Source: a virus
Taxonomy: Duplodnaviria; Heunggongvirae; Uroviricota; Caudoviricetes
Virus record (IMG/VR): IMGVR_UViG_3300035502_000737
Reading direction: 5' to 3' (one strand)
DNA length: 25,290 bases
Below the pieces are notes generated by a model. The model was not told where the DNA came from, made no database searches, and was given only the letters and a program-made list of their open reading frames with translations. Position numbers and translations under genes: made by a program. Each line of letters starts with the position of its first letter. Position 1 is the stretch's first letter. Positions 8,462 to 15,788 of this stretch are shown here, piece after piece.

Positions 8462-10138
8462 ATGGCTCAAAGTTTGCAACTGAGAAGGAATGCCCTATCA
8501 AGCATTCAGAATGGTTTGGCCAACATGAAGTCTGTTATCGAAGCGCTAACAGCAAAGGATGGCGAAATCATTATCGGTCGATATTATAAGACCTCTGGTT
8601 CCACTGACGCTGGTGTCACTTGGACTGACCCAACAACCCTTATCGCCATCGCAAAGGTGGAGGAAAGTGGAGAAGGTGCTAACAAGACCGTAACACAGTC
8701 GTTCACTTATTACGACGAGGATACAACTGACGATTTGAAAAAGGAGCTGAGCGGACTTATCGGTAGCGGTAGCGGCTCTGTTGCCACTCAAATTTCAACT
8801 GCCATCAGCGGACTGAGTGCGACCACAATCAGCGGCACAAACAAATACATCGCTTCGGTTAGCCAATCGAACGGTATTGTTTCTGCCACCACAAAAGACC
8901 TTGCCGCTTCAGCAGTCACAGCCACTGCAATCTCTAGCGCAGACACTACCGTTGCCGTCACTGGCACAACCGTCGCTGCACAGATTGCATCTCTCGGAAA
9001 GACCGTGAAGACCGTGCAAGACAACGCAGCCAAGTACAAGACCGTCAAGTTGACTGACGCCGAAGTGACTGCCCTTGGCAACGAGAATGTGAAAGAGGCG
9101 TACAAGATTGTATCCTACACGGGTGAATATGTAGCATCCGCTTCCACTCAAGTGGGTGACACCATCCTTATCTACAAGGACTCTTCACTGTCTTCTGCCT
9201 CATTCACTGACAAGGACGGAAGCAATAATAGCGGCCAGTTCTTGAAGTTGGTTTACGTACTTGCAAATGGCAAGGAATCAACCGTTTACGTCGACATGTC
9301 AGCTTTGATTGAACAGTCGGAGGTTGAAAACGGTATCCAACAAGTCAACGGTAAGCTTTCAGTGAAGAAAGACACCACTAGCGAGGACGCTGCATTCTTG
9401 ACCGTTGGAACGAACGGTGTGGGACTGAGCGGAATCACTTCTGCCATTACCAAGGCTGCTGCAACTGCTAAGTCTGTCGTTTCTCAAGCTTCTACCGCTC
9501 AGACTCACGTTAAGGTCAGCGCAGACACCACTGCAACTGACGGACACGTTGAGTACAAGATTTCAGAGACCGACATCGCTAGCGCATCTGCATTGACTGC
9601 AGCACAGAATGCCATCAACTTGCTGAACAGCGGAAACACTGTAAGCGGTTCTGTCGCATACTCTGTAAAGTCTGCCATCGACGCTTTGGACGTAACCGAC
9701 TCGGCTGTATCCAACCAATATGTAACTGTTGTAAGCGAGGCTGACGGTAAGATTTCTGTCACAAGGAAGCAACCCACCGCAGCTGAAATCTCTGCAACAA
9801 CCGTTGCAAGCGGTGCATCCACTGTTGGTTTGAGCGGTACGACCGTTAAGGCACAATTGGAAGGCTTGGCAACTGCCATCGGTAGCCTTGACGCTACTCT
9901 GTCTGCTGCAACTGACTACTTCGTTACGGGTGTAACTCAGACGAACGGTTTGTTGACTGCTGTCGGCACAAAGCAACCTGCTGCAAGCGGTGTTACTGCA
10001 ACTGCTATCTCTAGCGGTACAACAACTGTCGCTGTCACGGGTACAACCGTCGCTGCCCAAATTGCTTCTCTAGGCATCAGCATCCAAGATGTTTATACCT
10101 ACTTGAGCACTTTGACAATCGATTGCGGAACCTACTGA
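8462..10138 (+). CDS. Thr/Ser/Ala-rich tail fibre-like protein
   Basis: ATG 8462 (MAQSLQLRRN) is preferred over the track TTG at 8429, which overlaps the terminator tail. The N-terminal LQLRR...DGEIII is typical of fibre attachment domains. It has three internal ~52-aa repeats (8843-8998, 9716-9871, 9917-10075) and ends in IDCGTY. Confidence 0.7.
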   Translation: MAQSLQLRRNALSSIQNGLANMKSVIEALTAKDGEIIIGRYYKTSGSTDAGVTWTDPTTLIAIAKVEESGEGANKTVTQSFTYYDEDTTDDLKKELSGLIGSGSGSVATQISTAISGLSATTISGTNKYIASVSQSNGIVSATTKDLAASAVTATAISSADTTVAVTGTTVAAQIASLGKTVKTVQDNAAKYKTVKLTDAEVTALGNENVKEAYKIVSYTGEYVASASTQVGDTILIYKDSSLSSASFTDKDGSNNSGQFLKLVYVLANGKESTVYVDMSALIEQSEVENGIQQVNGKLSVKKDTTSEDAAFLTVGTNGVGLSGITSAITKAAATAKSVVSQASTAQTHVKVSADTTATDGHVEYKISETDIASASALTAAQNAINLLNSGNTVSGSVAYSVKSAIDALDVTDSAVSNQYVTVVSEADGKISVTRKQPTAAEISATTVASGASTVGLSGTTVKAQLEGLATAIGSLDATLSAATDYFVTGVTQTNGLLTAVGTKQPAASGVTATAISSGTTTVAVTGTTVAAQIASLGISIQDVYTYLSTLTIDCGTY

Positions 10139-10181
10139 TTCGGAGAAACAATAATTAATGCTTGATGTCTCATCGAGAGAG

Positions 10182-10211
10182 GGGCTTCCACGAGTTGGAA
10201 GCCCTTTTTTT
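10182..10211 (+). terminator. Rho-independent terminator
   Basis: 9-bp stem GGGCTTCCA/TGGAAGCCC with a 5-nt loop, followed by T7. Confidence 0.85.
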
Positions 10212-10223
10212 ATTTTATCTTGC

Positions 10224-10230
10224 TATTTAT
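10224..10230 (+). promoter_or_regulatory. TATTTAT motif, putative late-promoter element
   Basis: Lies after the terminator and 25 nt before the ATG at 10256. The context is AT-rich, so a chance match is possible. Confidence 0.4.
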
Positions 10231-10255
10231 TTTTATACTAATACATTTACATCCT

Positions 10256-10744
10256 ATGTTAATTTTATTGGCAATTTTGTTTCTTGCCTTTGTTACGTAC
10301 AACGTATATACAGTGGACTTATTCGGAATTCCGCAATCCATCAGCGAGACTGCCTACTTGTTCGATTCTTTAAATGGGAAGAGATGGCTTTTCTCCCTCA
10401 TGTGCGGAGTTATAGGAATAGGGCTGCTTATCCCTTGGATTGAAGCTACGGTTGAGGTGATTCAGTTCCTACCTTTCCTATCTTGCGCATGTATTCTGTT
10501 CTGTGCGCTCACACCTTGCTACAAGGAGAATTTGGAAGGAATGGTACATTATGTGTTCAGTGGAATATCTTTCGGAGCGTTAGTTGCATGGATGTATCTA
10601 AGCGGCACAAGCCTATATCTGCTCGCACTTTTGTTCGTTACCTTTATACTTAGTGTGGCTGTAAAACCAAAGAGCTACGTCTACTTCGCTGAGATATATT
10701 CCATTACATTCTTGCTTATTTCACTCATCGCGTTTTACCTATAG
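10256..10744 (+). CDS. Small polytopic membrane protein
   Basis: About 5-6 hydrophobic segments and a GIPQSISETAY motif after the first helix. The in-frame ATG at 10256 is preferred over the TTG at 10220. Confidence 0.75.
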   Translation: MLILLAILFLAFVTYNVYTVDLFGIPQSISETAYLFDSLNGKRWLFSLMCGVIGIGLLIPWIEATVEVIQFLPFLSCACILFCALTPCYKENLEGMVHYVFSGISFGALVAWMYLSGTSLYLLALLFVTFILSVAVKPKSYVYFAEIYSITFLLISLIAFYL

Positions 10745-10749
10745 AGACG

Positions 10750-10788
10750 AAGAAGAGCGGCAAAATCAATCGCCGCTCTTCTTTTTTT
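10750..10788. terminator. Terminator between convergent genes, possibly bidirectional
   Basis: 12-bp stem AAGAAGAGCGGC/GCCGCTCTTCTT with a T-run on the + strand. Lies between stops at 10744 (+) and 10807 (-). Confidence 0.85.
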
Positions 10789-10806
10789 CATTTGAAAATC
10801 AATCGT

Positions 10807-11097
10807 TTACGAATTTATCCAACCCCTTATATTGGAGCTGAGAGTGTCAATCCAACCTTTTATCTTGTTCGTGTTTGTGTTGGAATTGGAAGTAATGTTG
10901 GTTTCAGAAACCTCAATCTTCGACTCAACCTTCGCTTCGTTGGCATCGTCATTGTCCTTGATTTCTTCCTTCGCATCCTCGATTTGCTTTTCAATCTTCT
11001 TTCTCCAATCTCTTCTTTCTTCCGCCAATGAGTAGATTTCACTGTTCTCATTGAAGGAATATGCTGACATCGGGAAAATTTTTGCTGACTTGTCCAT
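10807..11097 (-). CDS. Hypothetical protein with a short coiled coil
   Basis: 96-aa ATG ORF, 12 nt downstream of the 87-aa ORF and ending near the terminator. Confidence 0.65.
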   Translation of the reverse strand: MDKSAKIFPMSAYSFNENSEIYSLAEERRDWRKKIEKQIEDAKEEIKDNDDANEAKVESKIEVSETNITSNSNTNTNKIKGWIDTLSSNIRGWINS

Positions 11098-11109
11098 GTT
11101 ATATTGTTT

Positions 11110-11373
11110 TTATTTGTTCAGAAGGTGGATGTCTTGCTCCAATGCTGTGATATCGTGCCTAATCTTCTCCAACTTGAAATCATGCTTGGAATGAGAGAAG
11201 GAATCATCGTTTGAAGAGTTCGCGTTGGCCTCAATCTCTTTGTACAGCTCTTTCAAGGAGGCGACGATTTCAGAAAATTTTCGTTCCAACTCAACATTTT
11301 TTTGATTCCCGAATATATTGTCCGCAATATATTGGTTCACAGTCTCGGAAACAATAGATTTCATCGTTCTCAT
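11110..11373 (-). CDS. Hypothetical helical protein with a KSIVSETV leader
   Basis: 87-aa ORF preceded by TATTTAT. Its N-terminus resembles that of the 596-aa ORF (KRIVAESI). Confidence 0.7.
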   Translation of the reverse strand: MRTMKSIVSETVNQYIADNIFGNQKNVELERKFSEIVASLKELYKEIEANANSSNDDSFSHSKHDFKLEKIRHDITALEQDIHLLNK

Positions 11374-11404
11374 ACAGTTGTTTTGCTTTCTTTTTCGTAT
11401 ATCA

Positions 11405-11411
11405 ATAAATA
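11405..11411 (-). promoter_or_regulatory. TATTTAT motif, putative late-promoter element
   Basis: ATAAATA on the + strand, 31 nt upstream of the minus-strand start at 11373. Confidence 0.5.
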
Positions 11412-11427
11412 TCTCGTCGCTTCAAGA

Positions 11428-11461
11428 ACTTGACATTTAAATTTCTTTTGTGTATCTTTGC
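11428..11461 (+). promoter_or_regulatory. Bacteroidota-type housekeeping promoter for the polymerase N-half
   Basis: ACTTG-N20-TATCTTTGC. The -7 box fits the Bacteroides TAnnTTTG consensus with a TTG at about -33. Confidence 0.75.
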
Positions 11462-11541
11462 GACAAAGGTGATGGCAACCGAACGAATTAGTTTGCCTTT
11501 AACCAAAATTAATTTTATCAAAACTTTAAAAGATACTTTAA

Positions 11542-13965
11542 ATGGCTGAGAAAAGCAACAAGGAAATAGTGGGCGAGTTCTTGAACGGACGCGACCCGAT
11601 GGAACGAATCATTTGCATCGAATGCGAGTATGCGGACGAGCAAGTGAGCGTCATATATGTGAACGAAAAAGGAGAGAAAAGAATAAAGACAGAGGATTTC
11701 CATCCTTTCGCATGGGTGAAGTTGGACGCTTGCATGAAGATGTTCGACGGGGACAAGAACGCACTCAAGCGAGAGTTGGCTCACTATGGTATAGGAATCA
11801 AGCCGCTTATTACACAGATGGGAGAGTCCGAGGTGTCGGACAGACTTGAGAACGGATACAAGTTCCTTTTCTACGCCAAGAGGAAAATGTCCTTCCAAAC
11901 CTTCCTCACCTTCTTCTCCAAGGCGAAGACACCCATTTACGAGAGGAAAAAGAAGGATGAACAGAAGGACAAATCACAGAATTTCCTTGTGGTGTCCCCT
12001 ATCGAACAGTATATGATTTCCACGGGAAAAAGACTCTTCAAGGGTTATGATAACTATGATGACCTACACAGACTCCAATTCGACCTTGAGACACAAGGAT
12101 TGGACCCTAACAAGTGTGGAATAGACCAAATAGGTATCAGAACCAACAGAGGATACGAACACGTCATCGATGTGGAAGGGGAAGACGACGAAAGAAAGGT
12201 GAGCGAACTGCAAGCCATCATCGAGTTCCTATCCATCCTCGCGGAACAGAAACCCGACATCATCGCTGGCCACAACTCCGAGAACTTCGATTGGAACTTC
12301 ATCATCGTCCGCTGTGAGAAACTCGGAACATCCCTCGACGAACTCTCTCGGAAGTTCTTTCGTTATCCAATATATAAGAGGAAAAAGGAAACCGTCCTCA
12401 AATTGGGAGGCGAAGTGGAATACTTCAAGCCAACCATCATGTGGGGACACAATGTCGTGGACTCACTTCACGCCGTAAGACGTGCACAAGCCATCGACTC
12501 AAACATCAAGTCGGCGAACTTGAAATACGTCACGCAGTTCTTGAGCTTGAAGAAGGAGAACCGTGTCTATGTGCCAGGCTCACAGATTGGCACGATATGG
12601 CGCGTTTTAGAGCCCGTATACGCATTTAACAACACGGATGGAGACTGGTATCGTATCACGGATAAAAAGCCTTTAAAACAAGGCTATGAGGCTGTGAGCG
12701 GCAAATATATCGTACACCGTTACCTACTTGACGATATTTGGGAAACAGACAAGGTAGAACTGAAACTGAACGAGTCAAACTTCCTCATCGGGAAGATGAT
12801 ACCCACCACGTTCCAAAGAGCATGCACGATGGGTACAGCTGCGATTTGGAAACTGATTCTGCTGTCGTGGAACTACGAGCACGGATTGGCGGTGCCAGCC
12901 TTCGGAAAGAAGAGAAGCTTCACGGGAGGACTTTCACGACTCCTTAAGGTGGGATATTCAGATAGAATCGTAAAATTAGACTACAACTCTCTTTACCCGT
13001 CCATTATTCTGACATGGAATATCAAGACGGAGCTCGATATCTCGAATTCTAGCCTTACCATGCTCGAATATGTGCTGTCAGAACGAGAGTACTACAAGGG
13101 GCTCAAGGAAGCGGCTGCCAATAAAGTAAAGGAAGTCAAAGCGCAAATCGAGAGTTTCAAAGGTTCGGATGAGGAACTTCATAAACTGAAGTTGGAACTT
13201 CAGAAGTGGGAGGCGGAGAAAACGGCGAATGACAAGAAACAGCTGCCTCTGAAGATTCTAGGAAATAGTTATTTCGGATCAGCTGGTTCCCCCAATATCT
13301 ACCCCCTTGGCGACGTGGACTGCGCCGAACGTACGACTTGTATCGGTCGCATGAGTCTCCGCCTCATGATTTCACACTTCACGAATCTTGGCTACACACC
13401 CATCGTTGGTGACAGCTTCACTTCCGACACTCCTATCTTCGTGCGCAAGAAGGGTTCTGTTGACATTGACATCAAGCCCATCTGCGAGCTGATAACGGAG
13501 AAAAACATCCAAGTGGACGCTTTTGGACGCGAGTATGATTACAAGGTGGATTACCAAGCGCTGTGCAGAAGCGGATGGGTGGATGTGAAATATGTATACC
13601 GCCACAAGACCGACAAACCCATCTACCACGTCACTGACGGATATATGAGTGTGGACGTCACGGAAGACCACAGCTTGTTCAATGATAAGAAGGAGAAAAT
13701 CAAGCCGAGCGAGATTACGGAAGAAACAAAGCTTGAATTTTATACAGATAAGATTGAGCACGGAAGCTACAGCGTGGAAGAGAAGGAGTGTGAGATTATC
13801 GCCAAGATGGTAGGGAACGGAACATTGGACAGAATACCCATGAAGATTCTGAACGGTGACAAGAAGACAAGGCTCACCTTCATCGGCAAGGCAATGGAAT
13901 ATGTGAACGCAAATCGTCTCGGAAAGGTTGCGCTCGCTGGAATGCAATTCCTCTGCCGTTCATGA
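11542..13965 (+). CDS. polB: Family B DNA polymerase, N-terminal half (aa 1-624), fused to split-intein N fragment (aa 625-807)
   Basis: ExoI FDLET, ExoII GHNSENFDW, ExoIII YLLDD, motif A DYNSLYPSII and motif B KQLPLKILGNSYFG are present. Motif C breaks off after YTPIVGD and intein sequence follows. Confidence 0.95.
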   Translation: MAEKSNKEIVGEFLNGRDPMERIICIECEYADEQVSVIYVNEKGEKRIKTEDFHPFAWVKLDACMKMFDGDKNALKRELAHYGIGIKPLITQMGESEVSDRLENGYKFLFYAKRKMSFQTFLTFFSKAKTPIYERKKKDEQKDKSQNFLVVSPIEQYMISTGKRLFKGYDNYDDLHRLQFDLETQGLDPNKCGIDQIGIRTNRGYEHVIDVEGEDDERKVSELQAIIEFLSILAEQKPDIIAGHNSENFDWNFIIVRCEKLGTSLDELSRKFFRYPIYKRKKETVLKLGGEVEYFKPTIMWGHNVVDSLHAVRRAQAIDSNIKSANLKYVTQFLSLKKENRVYVPGSQIGTIWRVLEPVYAFNNTDGDWYRITDKKPLKQGYEAVSGKYIVHRYLLDDIWETDKVELKLNESNFLIGKMIPTTFQRACTMGTAAIWKLILLSWNYEHGLAVPAFGKKRSFTGGLSRLLKVGYSDRIVKLDYNSLYPSIILTWNIKTELDISNSSLTMLEYVLSEREYYKGLKEAAANKVKEVKAQIESFKGSDEELHKLKLELQKWEAEKTANDKKQLPLKILGNSYFGSAGSPNIYPLGDVDCAERTTCIGRMSLRLMISHFTNLGYTPIVGDSFTSDTPIFVRKKGSVDIDIKPICELITEKNIQVDAFGREYDYKVDYQALCRSGWVDVKYVYRHKTDKPIYHVTDGYMSVDVTEDHSLFNDKKEKIKPSEITEETKLEFYTDKIEHGSYSVEEKECEIIAKMVGNGTLDRIPMKILNGDKKTRLTFIGKAMEYVNANRLGKVALAGMQFLCRS
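13414..13962 (+). mobile_element. Split intein N fragment (IntN, 183 aa, Ser1)
   Basis: Block A SFTSDTPIFV directly follows GD. YVYRHKTDK and block B VDVTEDHSLF are present. The ORF stops without blocks F/G. Confidence 0.92.
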
Positions 13966-14006
13966 CCGCGATGTGGGTTACTTTAAGATGATATTTACCA
14001 CATTTA

Positions 14007-14459
14007 ATGAGGACACAATACAAGCTTGACACACAAACATTCATCAATCGGAGCAATGAAAAACACAACGGCAAGTATGACTACTCAAAGACTGAATATA
14101 GAAACTTCAGAACCAAAGTAGTCATCACTTGCCCCCTTCACGGTGACTTTGAACAGACCCCAAAGAACCATTTAAAAGGTGAAGGCTGCCCCTTATGCGG
14201 CAAAGAATACGCAAAGACGTGGAGAAAATGTAAATACCAACACTTTACGGAGGAAAGCAAAAGAAGATTCGGAAACACATATTCATTCCCTCTTATCGAG
14301 GAGGAATACGAGAATTCACACTCAAGAGTCACAGTCCATTGCAATCTTTGCAACTATGATTTCACAAAGATTGCTTGCGACCATCTAACTTCCGAGATGG
14401 GAGGATGCCAACATCTTGACTATTTATTGAAACTAATACACGAAAAAGACAAATTATAA
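14007..14459 (+). CDS. Zinc-ribbon repeat protein (DUF723-like) with no nuclease domain, possibly a truncated homing endonuclease
   Basis: One full repeat (YDYSKTEY...ITCPLHGDFEQTPKNHLKGEGCPLC) and a second that ends GGCQHL, lacking the last Cys. Confidence 0.75.
   Translation: MRTQYKLDTQTFINRSNEKHNGKYDYSKTEYRNFRTKVVITCPLHGDFEQTPKNHLKGEGCPLCGKEYAKTWRKCKYQHFTEESKRRFGNTYSFPLIEEEYENSHSRVTVHCNLCNYDFTKIACDHLTSEMGGCQHLDYLLKLIHEKDKL
14421..14427 (+). promoter_or_regulatory. TATTTAT motif upstream of the endonuclease gene
   Basis: 38 nt before the ATG at 14466, embedded in the 3' end of the preceding ORF. Confidence 0.4.
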
Positions 14460-14465
14460 ACCTAT

Positions 14466-15617
14466 ATGACCAAAAAGTTAACGCGCGAGGAATTCATCGA
14501 CAAGTACAAACAGAGATTCCCCAATTCAACTTACGACTTTAGTAAATTCGAGTATGAAAATTCACACAAGCAATCAATTGTTATCTGCCCAAAGCATGGA
14601 GAGTTTTTAATGAATACATGCTGCCTTTTAAGCGGAACGGGTTGTCCGAAGTGTGGAGGCACAAAGAAAATGACTACTGAAGAATTTATAGAGCAAGCAA
14701 ACCTTGTACATCACAATTATTTTACGTACGACAAGGTTGAGTATGTAAATAATTTCACAAAGGTTATCATTACTTGTCCAATACATGGAGACTTCGAACA
14801 AAAACCAAACGTTCACTTGGAAGGGCATACTTGCCCACAATGCCGTAAAGAAGGAATTAAGCACGAGATAACATTGCGCGAACAAGTGAACGCTTCAACA
14901 AAGAAACTCACTCAAGAAGATTTCATAAGAAGGGCAACAAAGTTGTTCCCCAATTATGACTTCTCGAAATCTCTCTATGTGAAAAGTGGAATTAAAATCA
15001 TTGTTACTTGTAAGGAGCATGGTGATTTTGAAATAACGCCTAATCACTTGTTTGGAAATCGTGGATGTCCATATTGTTCAAAGAACAAGAAGATGAACAC
15101 AGAGGATTTTATCAAGAAATACAGAGAACGCTTCCCTTTGTCCACACTCGATTTCAGTGAAAGCGAATATAGAGGAACACATGTACCAATTAAGGTAAAA
15201 TGCCACGAGCATGAGAAAGTGGAAGAATTTTGGAATGAACCTTCGAATCTTTTGAGTGGACAAGGATGCCCATTTTGTTCAAAAAGTAAACTCGAAAACG
15301 AAGTATCTACATTATTGTACAAAAACAATATTGAATACGTTGAACAAAAGAAATTTGATTGGCTTGGAATGAAGCGGCTTGACTTCTATTTGCCGCAGAA
15401 GAACATAGCCATTGAATGCCAAGGAGAACAGCACTTTAAGGAGTACGAGTTTTTCGGAGGGAAGGAAGCTTTCGAAAAGCAGTTGGAACGCGATGCGGAA
15501 AAGAAAAGGCTCTGCGAGGAGAACAACATCAAACTTCTCTATTTCACACACGTAGATGTGAATGATGAAGAAATGATAAAAGATACGGACACTCTTTTAA
15601 GCAAAATTAACGAATGA
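14466..15617 (+). CDS. Free-standing putative homing endonuclease: four zinc-ribbon repeats plus a Vsr/DUF559-like PD-(D/E)xK domain
   Basis: Repeats of KK(L/M)xxE(E/D)FI...CxxH...CPxC occur four times. The C-terminus reads SKLENEV...EQKKF...RLDFYLP..NIAIECQGEQHF...RDAEKKRLCEENNIKLL. It looks more AT-rich than the flanking pol sequence. Confidence 0.85.
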   Translation: MTKKLTREEFIDKYKQRFPNSTYDFSKFEYENSHKQSIVICPKHGEFLMNTCCLLSGTGCPKCGGTKKMTTEEFIEQANLVHHNYFTYDKVEYVNNFTKVIITCPIHGDFEQKPNVHLEGHTCPQCRKEGIKHEITLREQVNASTKKLTQEDFIRRATKLFPNYDFSKSLYVKSGIKIIVTCKEHGDFEITPNHLFGNRGCPYCSKNKKMNTEDFIKKYRERFPLSTLDFSESEYRGTHVPIKVKCHEHEKVEEFWNEPSNLLSGQGCPFCSKSKLENEVSTLLYKNNIEYVEQKKFDWLGMKRLDFYLPQKNIAIECQGEQHFKEYEFFGGKEAFEKQLERDAEKKRLCEENNIKLLYFTHVDVNDEEMIKDTDTLLSKINE

Positions 15618-15619
15618 AA

Positions 15620-15653
15620 ACTTGCTATCCAAAAGCCTTTTTCGTATCTTTGC
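15620..15653 (+). promoter_or_regulatory. Bacteroidota-type promoter for the polymerase C-half
   Basis: ACTTG-N20-TATCTTTGC, with the same boxes and spacing as the promoter at 11428. Confidence 0.78.
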
Positions 15654-15683
15654 AATATAAGAACAATGTAAAAATGAACAATC

Positions 15684-15788
15684 ATGCCACTGAAAGTTGA
15701 AAACAAAGGAAAAATTGACGATTATGTGTACGACATATCACTAGATGGGAGTGTCGTGAACGCTCTTGGGAGGAACAATTTTTGCAAT
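15684..15788 (+). mobile_element. Split intein C fragment (IntC, 35 aa, ends Cys-Asn, +1 Thr)
   Basis: Block F DYVYDIS, terminal Asn35, then Thr at 15789. Confidence 0.9.

Noticed and set aside
8843-10075. Diversity-generating retroelement template/variable repeat pair in the fibre gene
   Set aside because: Differences between copies are mostly synonymous and not adenine-specific, both copies are in-frame coding, and no reverse transcriptase is in the window.
10256-10744. Holin assignment
   Set aside because: No endolysin or spanin nearby, more helices than typical holins, and no charged C-terminal tail.
13991-13998. ATATTTAC as a promoter for ORF 14007
   Set aside because: One mismatch to the core and only 8 nt from the ATG, outside the 19-38 nt range of the other sites.
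13963-15683. Group I intron or frameshift explanation for the interrupted polymerase
   Set aside because: Intein motifs lie exactly at both junctions, the C-half has its own ATG and promoter, and the gaps between ORFs (41, 6 and 66 nt) are too short to hold a ribozyme core.
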